Part shown: piece after piece, positions 25,701 through 34,260 of the stretch
Layout of the letters: the number at the start of each line of letters is the position of its first letter
Position numbering within the stretch: the first letter of the stretch is position 1
DNA from: Alphaproteobacteria bacterium
GTDB taxonomy: Bacteria > Pseudomonadota > Alphaproteobacteria > UBA9219 > RFNS01
DNA length: 64,000 nt
Assembly: GCA_049653105.1 (NCBI GenBank)
Contig: JBASFQ010000012.1
Span: 50,356 to 114,355 of the forward strand
Direction of reading: 5' to 3'
Made by a program: the position numbers and the translations under genes
Notes under the pieces: model-generated
Told to the model about the DNA's origin: nothing
Databases searched by the model: none
The model's input: the letters and a program-made list of their open reading frames with translations, nothing else

Positions 25701-26687
25701 GGACAACCCACGTTCCGGCAACAAGGATGTCAGCGGTACCAGCTTAAATCCGCGCGACTCCAGTTGCGCCAGCCATGAGCGCAACACCTCCAGAGTTACC
25801 GGATGCGGATGGCCGATAGCAATGGCCGAATTCCGTTCGACCGCGACGGCCTCAAGCCGTGCCAGTTCGCGCCGCACATCAGCCTCCGTGACCACATCGT
25901 CCAGAAATATGTCGCGTCCCAAAACGGGAATACCCTGCGTATGCGCCATGGCGAGAGCTTGTGACTGCGACGTTGTTTTTGAATCAAGAAAAAACACTTC
26001 ATGCTTCTTAATCTCCTGCATAACAGGAAGAAGTCGGTTTTCATCCGCCGTAAACTTGCTTCCCATGTGATTATTGACGCCAACAGCACCGGGCACAGCG
26101 ATGAAGGCGCGCTGCACCCGCATCACCAATTCATCATCCGACAAGTCCGTCGTCAGCGCCTCTGGCCCCGGATGTTCCCGTCCGACGGGTTGCATCGGGA
26201 GGTGGAGCAAAATCTCATGCCCACGCTCTTTGGCAGCCTGTGCTTGCGCCGCAACGCCTTTCCCATAAGGCAGAAATGACAGGGCGACTTCTGGCGGCAG
26301 AGCAATCGCTGCACGTGTCGCCGCCGCATTCAACCCCAGATCGTCGATCACGACCGCGATGCGCGGATGTTCTCCGGGATGAATTGCGCTGCGCTGTTCC
26401 ATTTCCTGCGGTGACGGTACGACCGGCATCGACGACAGAACTTCGGGCACGAGGGTTGATTCTATCGGAACTGATTGTGGCAGAGCTTCGTCACGGCGCG
26501 TGATCTCTAGCGTCACCTCAGGTTGAACAGCTGTTTCAACCGCCCGAGATACTTCCACCGGTTCGCGTTGTGGCAATGAAGGCGAACGTTGCGCCAGATT
26601 GGAAGGAAAGAACCAGTAAAATAAAAAAGCGATAAATAACAAAACAGCATATGGCCCGACATTGAAACCATTCGGCAGTTTAAACAT
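25686..26687 (-). CDS. Divergent polysaccharide deacetylase family protein (YibQ-like)
   Basis: 333 aa with an N-terminal TM. The C-terminal domain carries the motifs VVIDDLG, VNNHMGS and FLDSKTT characteristic of YibQ/divergent 4-helix polysaccharide deacetylases. Confidence 0.7.
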   Translation of the reverse strand: MFKLPNGFNVGPYAVLLFIAFLFYWFFPSNLAQRSPSLPQREPVEVSRAVETAVQPEVTLEITRRDEALPQSVPIESTLVPEVLSSMPVVPSPQEMEQRSAIHPGEHPRIAVVIDDLGLNAAATRAAIALPPEVALSFLPYGKGVAAQAQAAKERGHEILLHLPMQPVGREHPGPEALTTDLSDDELVMRVQRAFIAVPGAVGVNNHMGSKFTADENRLLPVMQEIKKHEVFFLDSKTTSQSQALAMAHTQGIPVLGRDIFLDDVVTEADVRRELARLEAVAVERNSAIAIGHPHPVTLEVLRSWLAQLESRGFKLVPLTSLLPERGLSLIVE

Positions 26688-28872
26688 GCGGCCGCCACCA
26701 TTTAAGAGTCATGGCCATGCAGATGACCGCCAAACTGCTGAGTCCCATGCCCAACGCCGCCATATGCGGCGGCACACGCCCGATAATCGCCAGAGGCAAG
26801 GCAATGGCGTTAAAAACAATTGCCCAGCAGATATTCACAAACATAAGGCCGTGCGCCATCTTCGCAAGGCTGAGTAATGCAGGCACGAGCCGCAAATCAT
26901 CGCGCAACAGACGTACCGGAGAAGCGGCATCAGCCGCAGCGACACCATTGCACATGGCAATCCCCAGATCAGCCGCCGCTAAAGCCGGAGCATCATTCAT
27001 GCCATCGCCAACCATGGCAATGACCTCGCCCCATTTCTGGCGTTTCTGAATTTCCTGAATCTTGTCCTGCGGCAACGCCTCGCCGTTCGATTGCCCGATA
27101 CCCAGCCGTTTGGCAACGGAGAGCGTATTATGTTTGTTATCTCCGCTCAGCACCGCCAGCATATAATGGCCTTGTTGCAAGCGCCCTATAGCATCCTGCG
27201 CCTCAGGACGCACAGAGTCGCGGAATGCCATAACCCCCAGCAATGCAGGCAAGGGCGTCAACTCCGCCAGCCATACCAACGCCCGGCCTCTTTCTTCCCA
27301 GGCAGCCGCCGTCACGGCGGCGTCATCCAAAGGCACCTTGTGCTGATCCATAAATTGGAGATTGCCGCATATCAGCTTGCGTCCGTCCTGCATCGTCCCC
27401 AGAACCCCGCGGCCATGTACGATCTCCGCAGGGCTTTGCAAAACCGGCATCGACGTCGGCGCAATCTTACCGGACGCGATCGTACGCAACGCCTCCGCCA
27501 GAGGGTGGTTGACATGCTGGTTAAGCGCGGCGGCCTCGGCCAGAACCTGATCACCCGAAAAAGAACCGAGCGCCAAGGTTTCTGCCAATTCCGGCCTGCC
27601 CAGTGACAATGTCCCGGTTTTGTCAAAGATGACCGTCGTGATCGACGCCGCACGCTCCAAAGTTGCCGCATCGCGGATCAGAATACCATAACGCGCCGCC
27701 TGGCCTATCGCCACCGTGATGACGATCGGCACGGCCAACCCCAAAGCACAGGGACACGCCATCAGCAAGACCGACAAGGCCGTTTGCAGCCCCATATCGA
27801 TATCGTCGCGGAGAAAGCTCCATAATCCCAACGCGCCAATGGCACAGATGATCACGGCAAAAATGAAGTATCCGGCAATCGTATCCGTCATGCGTTGAAT
27901 CGGCGCACGCGAGGCTTGTGCCACAGCCACCATATCCGCCAGGCGGTCGAGCATTGTCTGCCCGACCAGAGTCGTGACATTCATGGCGACATTGCCGCCA
28001 AGGCACAAGGCTCCGGCAATCACGGAGTCTCCGGCCCCCAGCACACGCGGCGCCGCCTCGCCGGTAATCAGGGAAAAATCAAAAGACCCTTGTCCACCAA
28101 CCAGTTCCCCATCAAGCGGCACGCGTTCCCCCGTCCATACCGCCAGCGTATCCCCCACCTTGACCTCGGCCAGGGCAACCATATTTTCGCGCCCGCCGGT
28201 TTCGATGCGCCGCACCTGTTGGGGCTGTAATGTAATAAGGTGATGAACCGCCGCGATGGACTGACGCCGCACACGTCCCTCCAGCCACTGGCCGAACATC
28301 AAGAACAGAATCACCAGCGCCGAAGCCTCAAACAGCAGCTCGCCCTGCCCATGAACAACGCGCCATGCGCTGACGCCATAAGCAACACTGGAACCGAATG
28401 CCGCCAGAACATCCATATTCAGATTCTGGTTTTTTAAGGCGTGTGCCGCGCCATAATAAAATTTCCAACCGCCCCAAAATTGTACAATAGAGGCCAGCGC
28501 CAACAAGAGCCAGGGCGCGACGATTGCGTCCAGAACCTCCTTGCCCATGAACATTGGCAGCAGCAAGGGGAGCGACAAAAACCCGCATATAAAAATCTTT
28601 AGCAACCCAGAATCGCTCTCCGAAGCCCCAGCACCGCCCCACATACCGGCCCTATACCCGGCCTGAGCAACGGCGGCGATGAGATCCCGCTGCGCGACCA
28701 TCCCCTCGGTAAAATCTATATCAACACGCCCGGTTACCAGATTGACCGCCGTTTTACTGACACCAGGAACCTGCATGAGCGTTTGCTCGATGCGGGTAAC
28801 ACAGGCCGCACAATGCATACCGGTGACCGCCAGAACCAGATGTCGTACCGGTGCCGATTTAATATTTGTCAT
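26680..28872 (-). CDS. copA: Copper-translocating P1B-type ATPase
   Basis: 730 aa with an N-terminal HMA domain (GMHCAACV), a CPC ion-transduction motif (ACPCALGLA), the phosphorylation site DKTGTLS, and GDGMNDAPAL. Confidence 0.88.
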   Translation of the reverse strand: MTNIKSAPVRHLVLAVTGMHCAACVTRIEQTLMQVPGVSKTAVNLVTGRVDIDFTEGMVAQRDLIAAVAQAGYRAGMWGGAGASESDSGLLKIFICGFLSLPLLLPMFMGKEVLDAIVAPWLLLALASIVQFWGGWKFYYGAAHALKNQNLNMDVLAAFGSSVAYGVSAWRVVHGQGELLFEASALVILFLMFGQWLEGRVRRQSIAAVHHLITLQPQQVRRIETGGRENMVALAEVKVGDTLAVWTGERVPLDGELVGGQGSFDFSLITGEAAPRVLGAGDSVIAGALCLGGNVAMNVTTLVGQTMLDRLADMVAVAQASRAPIQRMTDTIAGYFIFAVIICAIGALGLWSFLRDDIDMGLQTALSVLLMACPCALGLAVPIVITVAIGQAARYGILIRDAATLERAASITTVIFDKTGTLSLGRPELAETLALGSFSGDQVLAEAAALNQHVNHPLAEALRTIASGKIAPTSMPVLQSPAEIVHGRGVLGTMQDGRKLICGNLQFMDQHKVPLDDAAVTAAAWEERGRALVWLAELTPLPALLGVMAFRDSVRPEAQDAIGRLQQGHYMLAVLSGDNKHNTLSVAKRLGIGQSNGEALPQDKIQEIQKRQKWGEVIAMVGDGMNDAPALAAADLGIAMCNGVAAADAASPVRLLRDDLRLVPALLSLAKMAHGLMFVNICWAIVFNAIALPLAIIGRVPPHMAALGMGLSSLAVICMAMTLKWWRPHV

Positions 28873-28949
28873 GCCCCAAGGATACGCGCTAAATATTGAT
28901 TATTCAACGCGGAAACACCCCAAGTTAACCATAGAACCCGACCAGGATC

Positions 28950-29969
28950 ATGAATTTCCAAAAATATATGGCGGCAGCACAACAGCCCGCAGGTCTAGGC
29001 CAGGAAGCTATGCAGGCAGCCTGCGACATCATTTTTCGCGGTGATGTGACGACAGCGGAAATCGCAGAATTCCTGAAAACACTTGTCGACCGCGGCGAAG
29101 CAGGGAGCGAACTCACAGGACTGGTTCAATCTCTGCGTACCCACGCCGCCCCATTTCCAGCACAACCTCAGGCAGTTGATGTCTGTGGTACAGGAGGAGA
29201 CGGACAAAATACGGTTAATATCTCGACCGCCGTTGCCTTGACCGTCGCCGCGTGCGGAGTTCCTGTCGTCAAGCATGGAAATCGCGCCGCTTCCAGCAAA
29301 TCGGGATCGGCTGACGTTCTGGAAGCTTTGGGCGTGAAAATTGACGCCGCGCCAGCATTATCGTTGCAAGCGCTTGAGCAAGCCGGGATATGTTTCCTGT
29401 TTGCCCCACTGTATCATCCGGCAATGCGCCATGTGGCCGAAGCGCGACGCATGGTTGGACAACGTACCATCTTTAATCTCGCGGGGCCTTTGGCCAATCC
29501 CGCCCGGCCGCAACGCCAACTGGTCGGCGTTTTCCACCCCCGTTGGATTATGCCGATGGCCGAAACACTGCAAACGCTCGGCGGCACAGAATCCTGGGTT
29601 GTCCATAGCCGCGACGGCATGGACGAATTAAGCATCAACGCAACCTCAGACACCGCGCAGTTGCACGACGGAGCCATCCGTCTCATCCCACTTGATCCGA
29701 GAAATTATGGCCTCTCCCCTGCGCCACAAGATGCCTTGCGCGGTGGCGATGCCGCGGCCAATGCCGCCATGATCTATCACTTGTTGAGCGGCAGCATGGG
29801 AGCCTTGCAGGATATTGTCGCGCTTAACACCGCCGCAGCACTGGTTATTGCCGGCCATACCCCTGATATCACCCATGGTCTCGCTACAGCACGCGCCACT
29901 TTAAATAGTGGCATCGCGCTGACAACATTAAAACGTCTGGTCGCCATAACCAACGGGAAAACCCCATGA
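28950..29969 (+). CDS. trpD: Anthranilate phosphoribosyltransferase
   Basis: 339 aa with the motifs GTGGDG and KHGNRAASSKSGSADVLEALG. Confidence 0.92.
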   Translation: MNFQKYMAAAQQPAGLGQEAMQAACDIIFRGDVTTAEIAEFLKTLVDRGEAGSELTGLVQSLRTHAAPFPAQPQAVDVCGTGGDGQNTVNISTAVALTVAACGVPVVKHGNRAASSKSGSADVLEALGVKIDAAPALSLQALEQAGICFLFAPLYHPAMRHVAEARRMVGQRTIFNLAGPLANPARPQRQLVGVFHPRWIMPMAETLQTLGGTESWVVHSRDGMDELSINATSDTAQLHDGAIRLIPLDPRNYGLSPAPQDALRGGDAAANAAMIYHLLSGSMGALQDIVALNTAAALVIAGHTPDITHGLATARATLNSGIALTTLKRLVAITNGKTP

Positions 29970-30757
29970 CCGATCTGCTCCAGGAAATTTGTGCCCGGAA
30001 ACTGGAACATATTGCATCCAGCCAGCACGCCATGCCATTGCATGTTCTGGAATCACGTATCGCCGCATTACCGCCACCGCGTGATTTTATCGGCGCGTTG
30101 CAGGCCAAATGCACGGCGGGACATTTTGGGCTAATCGCGGAAATGAAGCGCGCCTCACCTTCTGCTGGCTCCATCCGTCATGATTTTGACCCGGTCGCTA
30201 TTGCTGCGGCCTATAAATCCGGCGGCGCAGCTTGCCTGTCCGTTCTAACCGACCAGCCTTATTTCAAAGGGCGTGATGATGACATCGCGGCAGCGTCCTC
30301 GGCTGGCTTGCCGATCCTTCGCAAGGATTTTGTGCTTGCGCCCTATCAAATTGCGGAAACGCGCGCCCTGGGCGGCGATTGTGTTCTGTTGATCATGGCA
30401 GCTCTGGAGGATGCGCAAGCTGCAGAACTGCATGCAGCGGCCACGCATTACAACCTGCATATTCTGATCGAAGTCCATGACGCCAAAGAGCTGACGCGCG
30501 CCTTGCGCCTTCCCGGCGGCATGATAGGTATCAACAATCGGAATTTAAAAAATTTACAGATCAACCTCGATACCACGCGCACTTTGGCCGAGCGTGTGCC
30601 GAAGGATCGACTGATCATCAGCGAGAGTGGCCTTCGCAGTCATTCCGACTTGGAGAACCTGCGTCTCTCCGGCGTGAATTGCTTCCTGATCGGCGAGCAT
30701 CTCTTGATCCAACCCGATCTGACCGCCGCGACGCGCAGGATGCTGGGCCTTAGATAA
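29966..30757 (+). CDS. trpC: Indole-3-glycerol phosphate synthase
   Basis: 263 aa with the motifs IAEMKRASPS, ILRKDFV and IGINNRNL. Confidence 0.92.
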   Translation: MTDLLQEICARKLEHIASSQHAMPLHVLESRIAALPPPRDFIGALQAKCTAGHFGLIAEMKRASPSAGSIRHDFDPVAIAAAYKSGGAACLSVLTDQPYFKGRDDDIAAASSAGLPILRKDFVLAPYQIAETRALGGDCVLLIMAALEDAQAAELHAAATHYNLHILIEVHDAKELTRALRLPGGMIGINNRNLKNLQINLDTTRTLAERVPKDRLIISESGLRSHSDLENLRLSGVNCFLIGEHLLIQPDLTAATRRMLGLR

Positions 30758-30796
30758 AACTTGACAGTGAGAATGATTTACTTGAATTAGGATGCC

Positions 30797-31213
30797 ATGA
30801 AATCAGTGTATGCTGTTTCTTGGCGTTGTTTGCGCCCTCGACACAAGCTGCAATTACACGCTTGCATGTCCTGGCTTCTTATAGCGGCAATGCTTGTGCG
30901 CGGTCTGGTCCCTGTTGGCTTTATGCCTGACATGGACGGAATTGGCGTGATGGCAATCCGGATTTGCAGCAGCGCCGGACTGCAGACCATTTACATTAAA
31001 ACATCTCCCGAAGAACGCCCTGTCACCGCTGCACAACATAACCAATGTGCGCTTTGCGCTGCGCCTGTGTTGTCTGGAGCGGTGACACAAGAAGCCCTGG
31101 CCACTTTTATTGGTTTCCTTATTCTCGCGACGATTGCGGCGGGATGGATACTCCTGACGCACCGACGTTTCTATGTGATCGCATCGCCGCGCGCGCCCCC
31201 TTCTGTCTCATGA
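30797..31213 (+). CDS. DUF2946-like small membrane protein (putative Cu-associated; HxxCxxC motif)
   Basis: 138 aa with an N-terminal TM (WLLIAAMLVRGLV), GFMPDMDG, IRICS and HNQCALCAA motifs, and a C-terminal TM. It is the first gene of the AT-richer islet. Confidence 0.35.
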   Translation: MKSVYAVSWRCLRPRHKLQLHACMSWLLIAAMLVRGLVPVGFMPDMDGIGVMAIRICSSAGLQTIYIKTSPEERPVTAAQHNQCALCAAPVLSGAVTQEALATFIGFLILATIAAGWILLTHRRFYVIASPRAPPSVS

Positions 31214-31307
31214 ATGAATCTCAATAAACTCGCGCATACTGAGCTGATGTAGCGGCCTTTTGTTGGCTGTGTTCAGTGTGCGTCATCATCATTCAATGGA
31301 GACAGCT

Positions 31308-31523
31308 ATGAAAAACAACACGTCGTTTAAGATTGTCGGTGCGGCTCTTACAACTGCCGGAATCCTTGCATTAACCGACCCTGCTCCCGCTTTAGCTTGG
31401 GGGCATTCTGCAGCCGATACAACACGGAATATCGGCTTCCTTGCAGGTGGTGTACTCGCCGCCCGCGCACTCCAGCGTAAAGTCTGCGCTAAATATGCAG
31501 CTCCGAAAAATAAGCTGGGCTAA
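31308..31523 (+). CDS. Small secreted hypothetical protein
   Basis: The start was chosen at MKNNTSFKIVGAALTTAGILALTDPAPALA, a signal peptide with an AxA site. The mature part is about 40 aa. The ORF as drawn could start at 31260. Confidence 0.3.
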   Translation: MKNNTSFKIVGAALTTAGILALTDPAPALAWGHSAADTTRNIGFLAGGVLAARALQRKVCAKYAAPKNKLG

Positions 31524-31534
31524 TTAGCTTCAAT

Positions 31535-32473
31535 GTGTGCAACGCGGCGTTAGCAACGCTTCGTTGCACCGTTTGGCTTTTTTTCACCATGCTTATCCAT
31601 GCCAACGACTTGCGCTCCAAGTTCCGAACTGCGGGGACATGGCTTCCCAGCCATCCCAGTCCGGAATCGGCAGCTCGTATCATCACCTGTGGCTTTTCTC
31701 AGCTCCAAAGGATAGGCGGCGGGGCGCAAATTAATATGTGGCATCCCAAACACGTTGGAACCGACGCAACAAAACCTATTCCCTTGCAATGGGTTGCTAT
31801 CAGGCAAGTCGAGATTCTTTTTGAAGGCAGCCACATCGAATTATTCAATATGGAAATGGAAAACTTCAAGCGCAGCCTGAGATCATTTTGCGCTTGCCGT
31901 GCAGGTGGCCAGCGCCTGGCAATTGTAGTCGGTGGAATTTACCAAGGCACGAAAGCATCACAAGATCGCCTTGCCTTCTTCGATGCAACCTTACGAGATC
32001 GCCTGCATGATATCGTCAACATACTTTGGTTGGATGAATTCTCTGAAACTTTCACGGGGCGTGCCGCCGGCAACACTGGATCCGATATTACAAAGCTTTT
32101 GCCTTATGTCGGCACAGCACTCGGCGCCAGACAGTTGTTCCAAAAAAAGACATCAGCACCGTCTTCCTTCACGAATACGCACGACATGGCATTGAATTTT
32201 ATTTCCGCCGTCGATGCCATGCCGCGATCATGCGCCAAAGAATACAGCGTGCTTGTCGGTTTAAAGATTCCAACCCATCGTCCTGACAACGATATTGATT
32301 GGGTCACACCTCATGAATTTCAACGCCTGCCATTCATGCAAGCACTTCATTCAGTCTTCAACACTTTTGGAATGGACACACCGACAACGCATCACCCGCG
32401 TGGACACGGCGATCATATGAATTATCAAAAACGCGCCGATCCAGCTCACTTTCTTAGGATCGCGCCATGCTAG
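31535..32473 (+). CDS. Hypothetical protein, His/Cys-containing, no recognisable family
   Basis: 312 aa; an alternative start at 31589 (MLIHAN) is possible. It is AT-rich relative to flanking genes. The C-terminus has a His cluster (TTHHPRGHGDHMNY) and there is an internal CAC pair. No TM, P-loop or known catalytic motif was seen. Confidence 0.4.
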   Translation: MCNAALATLRCTVWLFFTMLIHANDLRSKFRTAGTWLPSHPSPESAARIITCGFSQLQRIGGGAQINMWHPKHVGTDATKPIPLQWVAIRQVEILFEGSHIELFNMEMENFKRSLRSFCACRAGGQRLAIVVGGIYQGTKASQDRLAFFDATLRDRLHDIVNILWLDEFSETFTGRAAGNTGSDITKLLPYVGTALGARQLFQKKTSAPSSFTNTHDMALNFISAVDAMPRSCAKEYSVLVGLKIPTHRPDNDIDWVTPHEFQRLPFMQALHSVFNTFGMDTPTTHHPRGHGDHMNYQKRADPAHFLRIAPC

Positions 32474-32850
32474 ATCGCAAACCTCCGCCATTTTATCAAA
32501 TACATATTTTTATCTGTACGCATGAAGTTTCCGATCACCGCTGCTGCGGTCGCCGCAACAGCCACACGCTGTTCAAATATGCACGAAGCCGCGTGTGTGA
32601 ACTCAAACTTACCGGTGCATGCGTCACCCAAACGGGGTGCCTCGGAAGATGTATGAGCGGTCCGTCTCTGGTCATCTATCCCGACAATATTTGGTATAGC
32701 CCGCACTCCCAGGCCGATATCGATGCGATACTCATCAACCATGTGGGCACGAAAACGCTCGTTGAGAACCTTTTAATGCCAAACACAGACCTTCCTGTAC
32801 CCGGCTATGACGTGGCTGCGGCAGAAGAGAATGAGGTTGGCGATGTATAA
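32467..32850 (+). CDS. Thioredoxin-like [2Fe-2S] ferredoxin family protein
   Basis: 127 aa. The four-Cys pattern of the thioredoxin-fold 2Fe-2S ferredoxins is present (HIFICTH...C...GCLGRCMSGPSLVIYPDNIWY). The start overlaps the stop of the upstream ORF. Confidence 0.55.
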   Translation: MLDRKPPPFYQIHIFICTHEVSDHRCCGRRNSHTLFKYARSRVCELKLTGACVTQTGCLGRCMSGPSLVIYPDNIWYSPHSQADIDAILINHVGTKTLVENLLMPNTDLPVPGYDVAAAEENEVGDV

Positions 32851-33313
32851 AAAATGGCGCTTTGCAGCACGGGAAATCATGCTTAGTGCTGTAGCAGCAA
32901 CCGCCATCTATGGCGTCTCCAGCCCTGTCGTGCATTGGTACGCAGAGCAGCCGAAACACGACGGGCAGGTTGGAACGATTGAACAGAATCATATTGAACT
33001 GGTTGCGCGACCGGATCAGATCGTTGTTTATGTCACTGACCATGAAGGAACGCCTTCGGAATCGAGGGGTTACGCCATCCGCGCCACCATCGATGCTGAT
33101 GCCCCGCGCCGTATGTTTCCTACAGAAAATATTAACGGAAGATTTGAGTTGAGGGAAAGTTTCCCTCTCCAGCCGAATACGCGCATTGTGATAGACGTCG
33201 AACGCGATTGCGTTCCCGCAGGGGCAGTAGTCTTCAGACCATCCCCTTCGAACGTAATCACGCCAAAAACTGTGGCTTACACCCCAGCGCCTCAACCATG
33301 CTCAGCGCACTAA
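32843..33313 (+). CDS. Hypothetical periplasmic protein
   Basis: Start chosen at MYKKWRF..., giving an N-terminal hydrophobic signal/anchor (AVAATAIYGVSSP). The rest is a beta-rich soluble domain. Overlaps the upstream ORF by 8 nt. No family recognised. Confidence 0.35.
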   Translation: MYKKWRFAAREIMLSAVAATAIYGVSSPVVHWYAEQPKHDGQVGTIEQNHIELVARPDQIVVYVTDHEGTPSESRGYAIRATIDADAPRRMFPTENINGRFELRESFPLQPNTRIVIDVERDCVPAGAVVFRPSPSNVITPKTVAYTPAPQPCSAH

Positions 33314-33346
33314 CCTTGCTCTCATGGCGTGGCGCGCAAGCAATAT

Positions 33347-34255
33347 TCAGTCTTTATTATCGAGTTCTGCAAACTGCCACTGAACTTCGGGGTAGAGCGT
33401 TTTTACTTTTTCTTCAAAGTCATTCACTCGGCGGATCATCGTCTGTGTATCCGGATTATGAGCGCCCGGATTGATTTTGTAAGCCAGCATGACCGCATCC
33501 ACGCCCTGTTGCAAAGCAACGAATCTGATGAAACGTCCGCCGGGTATAGCTTCCTGCAAAACCCGCTCCAATTCGGGGCGGTAATCATGCGACGGCATTT
33601 CACCAATCAGAAGTGATTTGACTTCACGTGCCAGGATAAAGGCTACCGCAACCAACAACACACCGATCAGAAGAGAGCCAAACCCGTCCCAGAACGTGTC
33701 CCCGGTGATCCATGTCAAAAGCAATGCCATGAACGCCAGTATCAACCCCAGCAAGGCCGCAAGATCTTCAAGGAAAATCACCAATAAATCCGAACTCGTC
33801 GTTTTACGTACCCACTGCCACAGCGAGCCAAAACGATTTTGCACCTTAACCTCGACATAACATTTCCAGAAAGAAAATGTTTCCAGGCCTATGGCGATCA
33901 ATAAAATCACGATCCCAACCCATGGGCTACTCACGGAGCCGGGGTGGGATATTTTATGCCAGCCTTCATAAATGCTGAACATTCCTCCCATTGAGAAGAG
34001 GAGAAGAGCGACCACGAACGACCAAAAGAAGGCTTCTTTTCCAAGTCCAAGGGGATGCAACGGTGTCGGAGGCTTTTTTGCCGCACTTTGTCCATAAAGC
34101 AGGAGAGCCTGATTGCCGCAGTCAGAGAGACTGTGTACCGCCTCTGCCATCAACGAGGCGCTGCCTGTCAAAATCGCACCCCCGAATTTAGACGCCGCAA
34201 TGCCCATGTTTGCCATAAGCGATATAATAATAACTTTCCTTGAACCACCAGACAT
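33347..34255 (-). CDS. Cation diffusion facilitator (CDF) family metal efflux transporter
   Basis: Six TM helices with the motif HSLSDCGNQALLLYG and a C-terminal cytoplasmic domain. The ORF as drawn starts at a TTG (34264); the first ATG (MSGGSRK) is at 34255, 5 nt after the pntB stop. Confidence 0.85.
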   Translation of the reverse strand: MSGGSRKVIIISLMANMGIAASKFGGAILTGSASLMAEAVHSLSDCGNQALLLYGQSAAKKPPTPLHPLGLGKEAFFWSFVVALLLFSMGGMFSIYEGWHKISHPGSVSSPWVGIVILLIAIGLETFSFWKCYVEVKVQNRFGSLWQWVRKTTSSDLLVIFLEDLAALLGLILAFMALLLTWITGDTFWDGFGSLLIGVLLVAVAFILAREVKSLLIGEMPSHDYRPELERVLQEAIPGGRFIRFVALQQGVDAVMLAYKINPGAHNPDTQTMIRRVNDFEEKVKTLYPEVQWQFAELDNKD

Positions 34256-34260
34256 AACGC

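Noticed and set aside
33314-33346. A possible terminator in the 33-nt convergent gap between the periplasmic unknown and the CDF gene.
   Set aside because: There is only a 5-bp stem (cttgc...gcaag) with a 16-nt loop and no U-run, which is too weak to call.
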